The notes under the pieces are model-generated. The model was given only the letters and a program-made list of their open reading frames with translations. It had not been told where the DNA came from and did not search any database. Shown here piece by piece: positions 35,367 through 49,451 of a stretch of 64,000 nt of DNA. This DNA comes from Takakia lepidozioides (lineage: Eukaryota; Plantae; Bryophyta). The position numbers and the translations under genes are program-made. Position 1 is the first letter of the stretch; every line of letters begins with the position of its first letter. The DNA lies in assembly GCA_030704615.1 (NCBI GenBank), contig CM060732.1, positions 28,334,001 through 28,398,000 on the forward strand, read 5' to 3'.

Positions 35367-38042
35367 GGGCCAGTGTCTCAGAAGTGGCAATGTGGGGTTT
35401 GATTGGCGCAAATTTTGCAGTGTTTCGACTTTGGCAATTTTGGGATCGACACTTCATGATTAGGAACTTTATGGTAGAGCAATTGTCAACCACCCAACCC
35501 TTCCCTCCCCATGTATCATGCTAGGTGTGGTGGACTGGGTTGACAGAGAAAGACAGTGAGGAAGCCAAAAAGCTACAGTTGTGTTCTCCAATAAACATTC
35601 ATGTCATAGTCACCTGAAGTTAGTACTAGCTAATGGAGTTCTAGCTACTTGAGTTCCAAATTTCATCAATCACTGGTTTCCTCCTCTTTGTTCTCTGACC
35701 ATTGAAATTATGAATCTTCAGGAGACACAATTGCTATGCACTATTTTTAGGCCATGGTGCTGTCGTAAAATGTTTAAGTGACAGAGTATCCTTTGACCAG
35801 TGAAACTGAATCTGGGATCCAAATTTTTAATTAAGAATATGTACCAAATGATTTTGGACTGCTTTACCTGCAAGATACAAGCAAGTATCAGTTGATTCGT
35901 TGATGAGTGGCAGACTGCACACACTGCTGACTTACAGCATCAGTCAAGTTAGGCTGGACTACTTACTGGCTGACATGTTGGGTCTCTACTACTTTGGTAA
36001 AAAGGTACTTCCCATCGCGATTTTTCTTTGTTTCTCCAGCAAAATATTCAAGCTGTTAAAGGATTTGTATATAGGTCTGGTTGTAATTGTGGGCTGTATA
36101 GTCCCTCTTGCTTTGAGCATAGAACAGGGACGGGGCACATAGGCAGAGACTGATACAAGGAAGACTGGAAAAACTAGTAGACTGAAAGGGTTACCGTAGG
36201 GAGAGAAAAATGCTACAAATATCTGATGCTTAAGGCTGACCTATTAGTGATTCCGCAAACAATTCCAGATTGCTGAAATGTTTGGAGGCACATACGTCCT
36301 GAATCTCTACCTGGCAGGCGCAATTGCTGGTTCATTGGGCCACTTAGTGTATTGCACATGTCTGGTGCCCTGGCTTGAGGTAATTCCTCCTCACATCTCA
36401 AAACCAAACTGACTGATATAGATATGTTCAGACTAAGAAACAGGTTTTTCATCAGCGAGGAATGCCTCTTAAACAAGAAGTGAAACATTGAAGCCTCTCG
36501 ACTGTTTCAGTATTTGACTTTGTGCAGGTACTCTAGTAACTGCACATACCATCTTATAAGCTCGTTTCTCTGACGATCTTTGCTTTGTTTGGGTGAGGTA
36601 GGGAATCCCGAGCAGTCGCTTCAATGTGCGTTTGACTCCTTATGCATTGGTATGTAAGCTTCCAGCTCTTAGGAACAATTTGTTCTTGTCGTGTGTATTT
36701 TACAATCTCTGTTTTCACATGGACCAAAATACTGTGAAGGATAAATGAGTAAATTGATGAGTATTCCATATTCCCCTGATTGTCGTCTTTTCCATCTGCA
36801 CTCAGCATCAGTATGAGTTCAAAACTCCCCGTAACTTTTGCAGAAGGATGTCTTGTCTCTTAAGTCTAGCTTCTGTGGTGGCTGCAACAAGGCAACGATG
36901 CCAGTTACCCAAAACCATATAGTCTCCTTTCAAGCTCTTACATTTGCAACTGGAAAACGAGGTGGTCTGATTGCACAGCTTACTTCTAGCACACTCTTTA
37001 GTCCTCTAGTGTCCCATTCACACCTTGTATTGTTTTCCCCCTGCTAAGAGAGTTATGAGGTCGGTTATTAAACCAGTGATTGGGAATTTACGCACCAACT
37101 GTCATATTAAGTCTCCTCAGATTAAGGCCTGTGATGAAGTACAGACAAAGATTTGAATTGTGTTGAGCATGAACCCCCTGTATGTGTCCGTGCACTAGAG
37201 GACATCAAAGTGTCCCATTTAGTTCTCACATTGTATGTAGATGGCATGTGCATCATGATGAAACTAAAACGGTTCAAAAAAACTTGCTCAGACCTTTGGT
37301 TAGACAATAAATTGCAGCAACCGTGATGCTAGTGTTCTGGTGTCTGTAGGGATCAAGTGGAGCCGTTCAGCTGCAACATATGTCCAACACCAGATATCCT
37401 AAGTTAATCGACTCTATATCTTGGAAACAGGACCGCCCTGTCAAACAGGCTAAGCAGACAGTTGGCTTCATCAGAAAGTTCTTAGGCTCATTTTTAATAA
37501 GCTCTGTGTAGAGAAAAGCTTTGGTTTTTGTGGAGTTCAGATACTGTTCAGACTTTGAGAAAATTGACTGGTCAACAGAGAATATGGATTGGCTTCAAAC
37601 TGGACAAACATATAAATATCAATGTGGTTTGACCTATGTATAATCTTAGGTAGACATGGTAGTGGAGCAATGTCTGACACCTTGAGAAATATGGTTATAG
37701 GGAGCATACTTGATTGGAGCGGACCTGTGGCAAGTCCTTGAGGTAAGTCACCTTCATCTTCACAGGTCATTATCCCAGTTCAGTGCAGGCAAATGTACTT
37801 GCTGCAATATGCTACATCAGTGGCTCAATTTTATGTTCATGTCATCCTTCTATCAGTAACTTGAGCATTTAGAGGTTTCTCGCTTCTCCAATATGAAAAG
37901 TGATATCAGCATGATATAATACTTATTCCTGCTTGGTTTGGTTGATCTTCAGGAGGGATCCAAAACCACCCATGCTGGGCACTTGGTGGGAGCACTCATG
38001 GGGGCTGTTGCATGGCTCAAGGTCCACAAAGGTTTGAAGTAG
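35367..38042 (+). CDS. Rhomboid-like protease, RBL12/PARL-like, divergent; N-terminal exons (about 32.8-34.9 kb) not resolved
   Basis: GLIGANFAVFRLW...FMIRNFM | SVDSLMSGRLHTLLT...MLGLYYFG | GSSGAV | HAGHLVGALMGAVAW. Confidence 0.7.
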
Positions 38043-39029
38043 CCCTCTGACAGTTGTATCAGGACATTTCATCTCTCTAGATTGGTTATAGCCAGAACCT
38101 TTCGGGTGGAAGTTTTCCCTTCTCTGTGCAAAAGGCCATACAGCTAATGCAGTTGACATTGATCTGTTTGATTTGTTTCCATACTCTCTCCATGCCCGGC
38201 AAGGATCTGAAGTGCATTTGACATTGGAGAGGAAAAAGAAAGTGCATAGGCAGCGAAGAGTCAACAGAGTCAAGGAACAGCATGCAAACTGATAGTTGTA
38301 CATGTAGTTCTTGTACATGATAGTTCTGCATGTACTGAACTATCATGTACAACTGTAGTTCTTGTACATGATGCTACTCGCAATCCGTGTAAGAGCACCC
38401 ATTGGAGCCGCAAACTAGACAAGTTTGCACCAGCTAAATTGGAACCCAACCCCAAAAGGGACAGCACCTGCAAGGGGATGTGACTCTCAAATGCCACGGA
38501 TTCGGCCAGATTCTCTCTCTTTCATTGTTAAGCATAAATCACCGAAGGCACTGGCATTTTTATAAAGCAGTTTGGATCCATGACTCAAATAGACAGATTT
38601 GTTTGATTCACATTTCTGGCTTGCATAGGTGATCAGGGTACGAACGAACGTTAACTACTGCACGGGTCGAGTCTGGCCCAAAGATGCTTGGTGGTTTCAC
38701 ATTAGAAAACTGCAAAATCTCTGTTAGACCTAATGCAATACAGCAAATTTGACAGCATCAGTGATGCATATCCAGGAGTTCCTAATCATCCATGCATATC
38801 AACCATTCCCCCTCTTACATCCCACAAGCTCTCTCCAGAACCAGTGTAAAATTACAATTCTTCAACTCAAGATAGGCCCACTAGGTCAGATTCGGTCAAA
38901 ACATTTCATGTCCACCACAAATTCATGGCATGTACTTTCAAGAATGGTACTGGCCTCAAGTAGGATGTCAAAATTATCGAAAATTGATCTCAGAATGTGC
39001 ACAAAAGGGAGTTGCGTAGAAATTTGATT

Positions 39030-40322
39030 TCAAACAGCCGTGAATACTTTCTTGTGCCCTCCATCCGAAGCACCCATAGGAATAACCTTCAAGACATTGA
39101 ATCTCACGGTCTTTGACAAGGGCCTGATGACAAGAAGCACGAGTCAGAGACCGTAGTCGGGGCCACTAACCAACACTAAGACCAAAACTAAACATCTAGC
39201 AACAAACTGACAAATAAGAATGAGTCATGGTCAAAACAAGTCACTAATACAACAATCGCTTAACACTTTGAAGCCTCTCCAAGAAGAACCTGACAAAACC
39301 AGCAGGGACAGAAATTTGAGAAAATCCCACCTGCACTGGCCAATGATGACTTTGTCACCCTCTTTCACTCGAAAAGCTGGTGAGACATGTGCTGACAGGT
39401 TTGAATGCCGCTTTTCGTATCTGCAAAGAAAAACAGTTTATCCTTCATCACAACAGATTAAGTCCCAACCATGAGCGAGCACAATTGCTCATCAGGCTGC
39501 AACACTTGCTTTCAACTTTCAGGTGCATACACATTGCACCGCCACTGCACCATTCACTAGATCTGAGACCAGTGCAATGTACTACAAATGTCTCCTTCAC
39601 TGGCAGGGAAATGAATCCAACAGCATCTCTGGACTTTGGCTAGAGCAAACTTGACCTCCCTACAATGAAAAACTTGGCCAGCACTAGGACGAAATCCAGG
39701 CCTCACAATCCCATTTGTGCTGCACAACAAGCAACTCACCGCTGGTACTTCCTGACAAAGTGAAGGTAGTCCCGTCGCACAGTGATAGTTCGAGTCATTT
39801 TGGTACAGTTCACAGTTCCTGTCAAAATGCGACCCCGGATTGAAACATTGCCAGTAAATGGGCACTTCTTGTCAATGTACGTCCCTGCAGGCACACCGCC
39901 ACCCATACTGCATAAGGATGCTGTAAAGCAAATTTTTGCCCTTGCTACCATAATTTCCCCTTACAAATAACCTTTAGAGCACATGCATCTACAGCAGCAG
40001 CTATCCTTCATCAGTGAAAGGAGACCTAAAACCGAGAACTCTCCTCATTTCAAACAAGCTTGAAGCTCATTCCTTACAATGATATGTGATTCTAACGTGA
40101 GATTTATAAGTGACCACTCCTCCACAGGATTCGTGGAGACCTTGCAGGTGTGCAGTAAAACAGCGCCCATCCTCTTATTCGACAACCCATTTTCGTAGGA
40201 TAGTTGAGCAAAAAGCTCGTCCAACACCTACATCTTAGTGATTAACCGAAAGACAATGCTAACTATGAATAGTAATCTCAATGAGTGAGTTCTGCAAAAG
40301 AGTAGCGATGCACAGTGGCGCA

Positions 40323-40371
<49 letters not shown>

Positions 40372-41042
40372 GAGACGAGACATACTCCACATTCCCCACG
40401 ATACCAACGAGACACTTACTGCCTTCTCCTCGCGAAAGTATCTCCCATTGCCTTTCTTGCTGATTTCGTGGAGTGTCCCTGAGACAGATACAATCCTACA
40501 TGACCGTTGAAAACCTACAGCAAAGTTGCGGGGGTGGATGGCAGGGCGTACAAGAAAGCTTCGACCTTAACTCTATCAAGAGTACATACCTTCAATGGCT
40601 TCGCGGGGAGTCTTGAAGCCGAGACCAACATTCTTCCAAAATCGTGTCCCAGCCTTTCCTGGCGCCTTCCCCTTGGCTGACGCCTTCGAGCTGCACACCA
40701 CGACGATGAAGATTTCTAAGTACTTGAATCACCCAATTGGTATCAAAGAAACATAATTATAGCAAACAATGGACATCATTACAAGATCAAGTTCGCAAAT
40801 TTCAACAGGCCTTATTTCACAGCTCCTGTTCTCCAAGAGCATTGACCCCTACCTGAGGAAGACCTTAGGCTGCTTCAAGAACGATCGCTCTGTCTGCAGG
40901 GGAATCAGACAACACGGGAAGACTGTCAGAGAAATGGCCACACGAGTGACAGTTCCGACCACCCAGATCAGCCAGTTCAACGGAAGCCATAGATAACACG
41001 ACTACACGAGAGCAAGAATTCAACAAGCACCTGCTCTGCCAT
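39030..41042 (-). CDS. RPS11: 40S ribosomal protein S11 (uS17)
   Basis: MAEQ|[13 protein letters not shown]|...[18 protein letters not shown]|[21 protein letters not shown]...RRDYLHF|YEKRHSN..HVSP|[14 protein letters not shown]. Confidence 0.96.
40323..40369. repeat. (GT)n(GA)n compound microsatellite in an RPS11 intron
   Basis: Direct reading of the sequence. Confidence 0.9.
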
Positions 41043-41335
41043 GCCTGCAACAAGCTCCGATCCGATTGCCCGGCTACCGAATGCACGACGTTGTGTCGTG
41101 GAAGGAAGAGACTTGGAAATGAGACTTCCTTCCTACTTGCTGCTGCGCCGATTGTCGCTGTTAGGTTTAGGGTTCTCCGATTGTGCTTTCCTTTTGGACT
41201 TTTTTTTTTGTATTTGTATTTGTTTTTGTTTTTGTTGTTTTTCTTTAGAGAACAGGCCCGGCCTGGCAGAACTTTATTAAGTTTATTAGGGGAAAAAAAT
41301 AAAAACCTCGTTGATTACACCATAGAGGTACACAC

Positions 41336-42073
41336 CAGTGTTGGGCGGGTATGATAGTTTGGGCACATTGAAGGGTCCGGGTAAGGCATCTTTGTTTAAA
41401 TCGGTATGGAGGCGGTTATATATAATGTAGGGGCTTGGAAATTGTGGCGGATAGAGGTTATCAATAGAAGTGTCCCCAAAAAAAAGTTCTCATGTTATCA
41501 ATATGCCATTATGCAAGTGGAACATCGCCGGTCCCAATACAACGGTTATCAATATAACCTGATTTTCAGTTATGATACATTAAGATTTTAAGAGGACCAG
41601 AAAGAAGAAAAAAACAAAAGGAAACAAAATGAAATATGGAGAATCACAATTAAGAAGACCAGAATTGGTTCAGAAAAGGGAAAAAAAGAGAAAAGAAAAG
41701 AGATAGGAGTCCTACAACTGCATATGTGGGTTTTTTTTCCCAAAAGCCTTTGACTAACAGTCCTCTTAAATGCGGACCCCATGTGGCTACATAATTACTA
41801 CCCATGAAGGCAGCGAGGTTCTAATAAAATCTCAAGGTATTATTCAAAAGTTACTACCCGACTGGTTTTCAAGGTTCTAGTCCGGTTCCATGTAATAAGC
41901 CAAGTTGGCCCCTGCCGGTTCTAGCTTGGACCGGGTAAGTGGCGAGATGGCCCTCGCCGGTTCTAACTCAAGCCCGGTCCACCAAAAATTTGGGTGGCGG
42001 GTCTCAATAGTACAATACCCTGATTATTACCCGGTCGGGTATATATGTCAACATATGTACCCGCCCAACACTG
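41336..42073. mobile_element. hAT-type MITE, 738 bp
   Basis: Perfect 16-bp TIR CAGTGTTGGGCGGGTA / TACCCGCCCAACACTG; 8-bp TSD GTACACAC at 41328-41335 and 42074-42081. Confidence 0.92.
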
Positions 42074-42081
42074 GTACACAC

Positions 42082-42500
42082 CAGTGTTGTGCGGGTCCGG
42101 GTTTTGAAGGCGGGTACCCGGCGGGTTAGGATCCGGGTTACCCGCACCCGCACCCGGGCTATCACAAAAAGCCCGGACCGTGACCCGGGTTCATTTCTAA
42201 AATGAACTCCCGACCGGATCCGGACCCGCCTGCTACGTCCAGAACCCGTTAAACCCGCTACCCGCGGGCCAATGTAGCGGGTCAAGGTCCGGGTCTTAAT
42301 TCTAGCGACGATCGAAGGTCGAGAGCTAGTTTAGCGTAGAGCAGGAATAGGGTGCCATAGTGCCACGTCATCGTCGCCACATTTTGTCGCCACGTTTCGT
42401 ACGTCGTCAATTTCTTTCTATCTGCCCGGACTGCCCGCCCGAAAAACCCCAAAGCGCCAAGTTTTTTCGGAGCGTGCCCGGATTGCCCGGTTCTTGAAGT
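42082..42500. mobile_element. Left end of a second hAT-like element (other end not found)
   Basis: Starts CAGTGTTGTGCGGGT, similar to the adjacent MITE TIR, followed by dense ACCCG/CGGGT subterminal motifs. Confidence 0.55.
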
Positions 42501-45500
42501 TCTAGAACTGCAGGAGCTCTACATTTTCCACCATCGTTCACCTTGCAAGCTGCAAGCCCTCAACAGTCTTGCTGCTCAATGCAAACAGTGGCTTTTCGAC
42601 TTCGGTTTTTTTGCAAAGGCTCCGCAGATCACATCATTTTGCTTGCTTAGGCTTGTGAACGACGTTACCAATCATCGTCCCACATTGCATCAATTTCATA
42701 GGCCAAGGCCGGATTTCAAACAGAAGATTACTTCTTATTTCCCTGTGGATCCATAGCTACAAGAAATCTGCGTGGGTAGATGGTCAACTGGAAACAGCAG
42801 CAGCAGCAGCACAATTGAATGCATGAAGGCACTTTTTTAAACACATTTCAGCCTGCTTTTCCCTGTTATCAGAGTCATCCCTAAATTTTCATGTTGAATT
42901 CTGCAAGTTAGCTCGTTGGTGGATCTAAGGTGGTTGGAGTGATTTTGACATGTTAATGCCAATGTGGGAACATGAAAGTATCGGAAAACAGATAACAGAG
43001 ACGAGGAGAAGCTCTGGAACGAATACGTTTCCGATGTCATGGTATCTGCAAAAGTACTGAAGGTATATCTTCCATTTATTTCCTTATTTGATGTCACAAG
43101 TAAGTGCTGAGATTATTATAGGGTACAGACAGATGTAATCCAACAAAATGTTCATGGTCATATTTATGGAAAGATACAGAGGTTAGAATGTTGGCTAGCT
43201 GCGAAGTGAAGAAGTTTGTCCATCCTTCAAGTCAGCTTGGTCTTAGCAGGTTGTGTTTCAATCTCTGCCTGTTCTGCTGCACCGTGGTGGTTTTCACAGA
43301 CCAATCCAACATTATTTGACTACAGACACAAGCAGCACACACAAGAGGTCCTTTTGGGTTGATGGTCAAATCCTCCATGGGTCATGCCACAAGGTCAAGG
43401 CCAATGTGGTGAGGGCACCTTCTTCGACCTATTTCAGTCTGTTTTGCCCTCTCATCAGACTCTGCCCTGAATGCATTCTGCTTCGACCTATTTCAGCCTG
43501 TTTTTCCCTCTCATCAGACTCGCCCTGAGATGAATATTGAATTCTGTAAGTTAGCTCGTTGGGTAGATCTGTGGTAGTTTGGAATGACTTTGACAAAAAC
43601 AGATAGCAGAGATGAGGAGAAAAAAGCTCGACATTTGTTTGTGTTTGCAATGCGTGTGCAAGCCTGGGATCTCTGGAAAAGGTATGGTGTACGCGATGCT
43701 CGTGCCCAACCACATAATGTTTGTTTGCATCTGCAAGCCTGGCAGCCCTGGAAAAGGGCAAAGAGGTGCATGGTTGCATTGGGAAAACTGGAATTGTACC
43801 AAATGTCATTCTGAATAATACCCTCGTGGACATGTATGCCAAATGTCGGAGGCATTCCAACAGATTCAGATACGTTTGTCTATCTTCTGCTTAAGTGCAT
43901 CAAGATGAAAGGTCTAGAAGCTGGAAAGCAAGTGCACACTCACATTATCCAAAGTGATTCACGCCAAGTGTTTTTCTCCTTAACACCCTTGTCAACATGT
44001 ATGTATTAAGTGCGGGAGCATCATGGATGCTCACCAAGTGTTCAACCGAATGCCTCAACGATCGATCTTTGATCACGTGGAAATGTTGGAAGGATTTACC
44101 AAGCATGGGTGTGGTATGAATGCTTTGGAGACCTATGAGCAAATGCTACATGAAGGGGTGAAGCCCAACCACATCACATCTGTTTGTGATTGCAATGCGT
44201 GTGCAAGCCTGGGAGCTCTGGAAAAGGGGAAAAGAGGTCCATGGTGACATCGTCAAAGCATTCTGAACACTGCCCTGGTGGACATGTATGCCAAATGTGG
44301 GTGCATTGAGGATGTGAAGGGAGTTTTCAACGCTATGGCTGAACAAGATGTGGTGTCGTGGCACGCGATGCTTGCAGGGTATGCACAGCAGGGACGTAGG
44401 ATGGTGGCCTCGGAGACCTATGATCAAATGATGTGGGAAGGGGTGAAGACCAACCACATCACTTTTGTGTGCATTTGTAATGCGTGTGCAAGCCTGGCAG
44501 CCCTAGAAAAGGGCAAAGAGGTCCATGGTTACATCGCGAAAGCTGCAATTGTACCAGATGCGAAGGGAGTTTTCAACACTGTGGCTGAACAAGATGTTGT
44601 GTCATGGCACACGGGTATGCACAGCAGGGACGTGGGATGGTGGCTTTGGAGACCTATGATCAAATGATGGGGGAAGGGGTGAAGCCAAAAACATCATGTT
44701 TGTGTGTGATTGCAATGCATGTGCAAGCCTGCATGCAGCCCTAGAAAATGGCAAAGAGGTCCATGGTTGCATCGCGAAAGCTGGAATTGTACCAGATGTC
44801 ATTTTGAACGATACCCTAGTGGACATGTCTGCCAAATGTGGGAGGCATTTCATCATATTCAGATACGTTTGTCTGTCTCTTGCTTAAGTGCATCAAGATG
44901 AAAGGTCTGGAAGCTGGAAAGCAGGTGCACATTCACATTATCCAAAGTGTAAGGATGTGAAGAGAGTTTTCAACACTATGGCTAAACAAGATGTGGTGTC
45001 GTGGCACGCAATGCTTGCAGGGACGTGGGTTGGTGGCTTTGGAGACCTATGATCAAATGATGGGGGAAGGGGTGAAGCCTAACCACATCACGTTTGTGTG
45101 TGATTGCAATGCTTGTGCAAGTCTGGCAGCCCTGGAAAAGGGCAAAGAGGTCCATGGTGATATTGTCAAATCTGGAATCACTAGAAGCATTCGTGTCTTT
45201 TTCGAATCGATTGGGTGTCCACCAACCACTCCGGGAACCACTTGGCGGTAAGCGAGACTACTGGAGAGTCGAAACGGACAATGTGGGCCCACGGGGGCAT
45301 TTCAGACGGTGGGCAGAAGTGGGGTCAACGACTCCGGAGTCATAGCAAAAATGCGGGCTATGTAATTAATTACGGAAATACATAAAATTTGAAAAAATGG
45401 AAATTACAAGTGGTTCTAATTACTGCACATGCGACTAGAAATTTTCATTCATAATTTGATTAATGGAATAAAGATATTTATTCATTAAAGTGAATATGTA

Positions 45501-47385
45501 GTCGACTCAACGACTCCATGAACCACTGCGCATTGATTGCACTTGTGATTCGGGGTCACATTTGCTGACGTGTGTTTCACAAGAACAGGTAAAGAAAATG
45601 TGGCCTTGGGGGAATAGATATTTTAATATGTACTGCCTCCACCTAGAAGTGACATGGAAGGTCCATGGTCCAGCTTGTAGGGTTTGTCGTTCTGAACACC
45701 ACCGTGGTGGACATGTATGCTGAATGCGGGAGCATTGAAGATGCGAAGGTTGTGTTTGACTGTGGCTCAACGAGATGTGGTGTCGTGGAGTACGATGATC
45801 GCATTGGCAACAAGGCAAGGATGTATGCATGATTTGTGAAGAGGCGGTGATAGCTGAAGGAGTAGGATAGAGTGTGGGTCCATACTCATCCAAGAGGGTC
45901 GGATTTCAAACTCCAGATTACCTATGGATCCCTGTGGAAGGATAGCTACAAGAAACCTCCATGGGTACATGGTCAGCTGTAGCGGCACAGTTGATAAAAT
46001 CAGGCACCTCAACCATGACCACAGATTCTGGAAGAGGATCAAGAGAGGGAGTCCACAATGCCTCTTCTGGCACTTATGGGCATGTGAAGATGCTTTATGA
46101 GGCAGACAGACTAAAAGAGGATCTACAGATTTTAAACAGAGGCATTTCAGCAGATGTAGATACGTATGTGTGTCTCTTGCATAAGTGCATCAAGATGAAA
46201 GGCCTAGAAGTTGGAAAGCAGGTGCACACTCACATTGTAAAGTGGATTCACGCCGAACGTTTTTCTACTCAACAACCTTGTCAACATGTATGTTAAGGGG
46301 AGCATCATGGATGATCACCAAGTGTACAACACAGAATGCCTCAACGATCTTTAATCACGTGGAATATAATGTTGGCAAGATTACCAAGCATGGGCATGGT
46401 ACGAATGCTTTGGAGACCTGTGAGCAAATGATGCGCGAAGGGGTGAAGCCCAACCACATCGTATTTGTATGTGTTTGCAATGCGTGTGCAAGCCTGGAAA
46501 AGGGAAACGAGGTCCATGGTGACATCGGTCTAAGCTGGAATTGCACCGGATGTCATTCTGAACACTGCCTTGACCTGGACATGTATGCCAAATGTGGATG
46601 CATTGAGGATGCAAAGGGAGTTTTTGACACTATGGCTAAACAAGATGTGGTGTTGTGGAGTGCGATGCTTGCAGGGTATACACAACAGGGACGTGGGATG
46701 GAGGCTGTGGAGACCTATGATCCAATGATGGGGGAGGGGGTGAAGCCCGGCCACTTTGTGTGCATTTGCAATGCTTGTGCAAGCCTGGCAGCCCTGGACA
46801 AGGGAAAGAGGTGCATGGGGATATCATCAAAGCTGGAATTGTACCAAATGTCATTCTGAACACTGCCCTGGCAGTTATGGAAAAGGGGAAAGAGGTCCAT
46901 GGCGACATCTTCAGAGCTGGAATTGTCCCAAATGTCAGTCTGAACCATACCCTGGTGGACATGTATGCGAAATGTGGTGCATCGAGCCTGGACGAGGGCA
47001 AAGAGGTGCATGGGGTATCATCAAAGCTGGAATTGTACCAAATGTCATTATGAACACTGCCCTGGCAACTCTAGAAAAAGGGGAAAGAGGTCCATGGCGA
47101 CATCTTCAGAGCTGGAATTATACCAAATGTCATTCTGAACCATATCCTGGTGGACATGTATGCAAAATGTGGGTGCATTGAGCCCTGGACAAGGGCGAAG
47201 CGGTGCATGGGGTATCATCAAAGTGGAATTGTACCAAATGTCATTATGAACACTGCCCTGGCAGCTCTGGAAAAGGGGAAAGAGGTCCATGGCGATATCT
47301 TCAGAGCTGGAATTGTACCAAATGTCATTCTGAACCATACCTTGGTGGACATGTTTGCAAAATGTGGGTGCAAAGGGATCTAGGA

Positions 47386-48450
47386 TCTAGGATGCAAAGG
47401 GAGTGTTCGACACTATGGCTGAACGAGATGTGGTGTCGTGGAGTGCGATGCTTACAAGGTATGCACGGCAGGGACGTGGGATGGAGGCTTTGGAGACCTA
47501 TGAGCAAATGATGGGGGAAGCACATCATGTTTGTGTGCATTTGCAATGCTTGTGCAAGCCTGGCAGCCCTGGAGAAGGGCAAGAGGTGCATGGGGATATC
47601 ATCAAAGCTGGAATTGTGCCAAATGTCAATCTGAACACTGCCCTGGCAGCTTTGGAAATGGGGAAAGATGTCCATGGCAACATCTTCAGAGTTGGAATTG
47701 TACCAGATGTCATTCTGAACAAAACCCTGGTGAACATGTTTGCAAAATGTGGGTGCATCTAGGATGCAAAGGGAGTGTTCGACACTATGGCTGAACGAGA
47801 TGTGGTGTCGTGGAGTGCGATGCTTGCAGGGTATGCACGGCAGGGACGTGGGATGGAGGCTTTGGAGACCTATGAGCAAATGATGGGGGAAGCACATCAT
47901 GTTTGTGTGCATTTGCAATGCTTGTGCAAGCCTGGCAGCCCTGGAGAAGGGCAAGAGGTGCATGGGGATATCATCAAAGCTGGAATTGTGCCAAATGTCA
48001 ATCTGAACACTGCCCTGGCAGCTTTGGAAATGGGGAAAGATGTGCATGGCGACATCTTCAGAGCTGGAATTGTACCAGATGACATTCTGAACAATACCCT
48101 GGTGAACATGTTTGCAAAATGTGGGTGCATCTAGGATGCAAAGGGAGTGTTCGACACTATGGCTGAACGACATGTGGTGTCGTGGAGTGCGATATGATGT
48201 GCTTGCAGGGTATGCACAGCAAGGATGTGGAATGGAGGCTTTGGAGACCTATGAGCAATGGAAGCACATCATGTTTGCGTGCATTTGCAATGCTTGTGCA
48301 AGCCTAGCAGCTGGCCTGGAGAAGGCAAAGAGGTGCATGGGGATATCATCAAAGCTGGAATTGTACCAAATGTCAATCTGAACACTGCCCTGGCAGCTTT
48401 GGAAAAGGGGAAAGAGGTCCACATGGCGACATCTTCAGAGCTAGAATTGT
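47386..48450 (+). repeat. 372-bp tandem repeat of a PPR module (about 2.8 copies)
   Basis: Near-identical ORFs at 47403 and 47775 (offset 372); a third copy starts near 48147. Confidence 0.9.
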
Positions 48451-48962
48451 ACCAAAGTGAATGCCTGTCAGATTACCAGATGCAAAGAGGTGCATGGTTG
48501 CATCGCCAAAGGCAGCTGCTGCAGCGACACAGTTGATAAAGTCAGGCACCTCAACCATGACCACAACTTCTGGAAGAGGATCAAGAGAGGGAGTCAACAA
48601 TGCCTCTTCTGGCACTTATGGGCATGTGAAGATGCTTTGTGAGGCAGGCAGACTGAAAGAGGCTCTACTGACTTTAAACCAAAGAGGCATTTCAGCAGAT
48701 TCAGATACGTATGTCTGTCTCTTGCATAAGTGCATCAAGATGAAAGGCCAAGTGAAGCTAGAAAGCAGGTGCACACTCACATTATCCAAAGTGCACGCCA
48801 AATATTTTTCTAGTCAACACTCTTGTCAACATGTATGTTATGTGCGGGAGCATCATGGATGCTCACCAAGTGTTCAACAGAATGCCTCAATGATCTTTCA
48901 TCACGTGGAACACGATGCTTGTAGGGTGTGCACAGCAGGGGCGTGGTATGGAGGCCTTGGAG

Positions 48963-49210
48963 AATGTGGTGAGGGCACCTTCTTCTTCGACCTATTTCAG
49001 CCTGTTTTTCCCTCTCATCAGACTCGGCTTTACATATTGAATTGTCAAGGACAATGTGGTGAGGGCACCTTCTTCTTCGACCTATTTCAGCCTGTTTTTC
49101 CCTCTCATTAGACTCGGCTTTACATATTGAATTGTCAAGGACAATGTGGTGAGGGCACCTTCTTCTTCGACCTATTTCAGCCTGTTTTGCCCTCTCATCA
49201 GACTCGGCCC
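48963..49210 (+). repeat. 90-bp tandem repeat (3 starts) of a PPR leader fragment
   Basis: AATGTGGTGAGGGCACCTTCTTCTTCGACC at 48963, 49053 and 49143. Confidence 0.88.
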
Positions 49211-49247
49211 TGAGATGCATATTGAATTCTGTAAGTTAGCTCGTTGG

Positions 49248-49451
49248 GAGAAGCTGGCCATTGGTTTTGGGCTGATCAGCACGACCCCTAGGACGCCTCT
49301 CCGTCTCATCAAGAATCTTCGAGTGTGTGGTGACTGCCACACCTCCACCAAATTCAGCTCAAAGATTGTTGGCCGAGCAATTGTTGCATGCTACGCTAAC
49401 CGTTTTCACCACTTTGAAGATGGGATTTGTTCTTGTGGTGATTACTGGTGA
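49248..49451 (+). pseudogene. C-terminal half of a DYW deaminase domain
   Basis: [31 protein letters not shown]...[16 protein letters not shown]; the preceding HS and PG box are missing. Confidence 0.9.

Noticed and set aside
41161-41175. Telo-box upstream of RPS11
   Set aside because: Only an imperfect match (TTAGGGTTC); plausible but not supportable.
45180-45660. Discrete insertion in the PPR cluster flanked by CTAGAAG
   Set aside because: No TIRs, poly-A tail or coding signature; the 7-bp match could be chance, so it cannot be classified.
47325-48173. 282-aa minus-strand repetitive ORF
   Set aside because: Antisense shadow of the 372-bp PPR tandem repeat.
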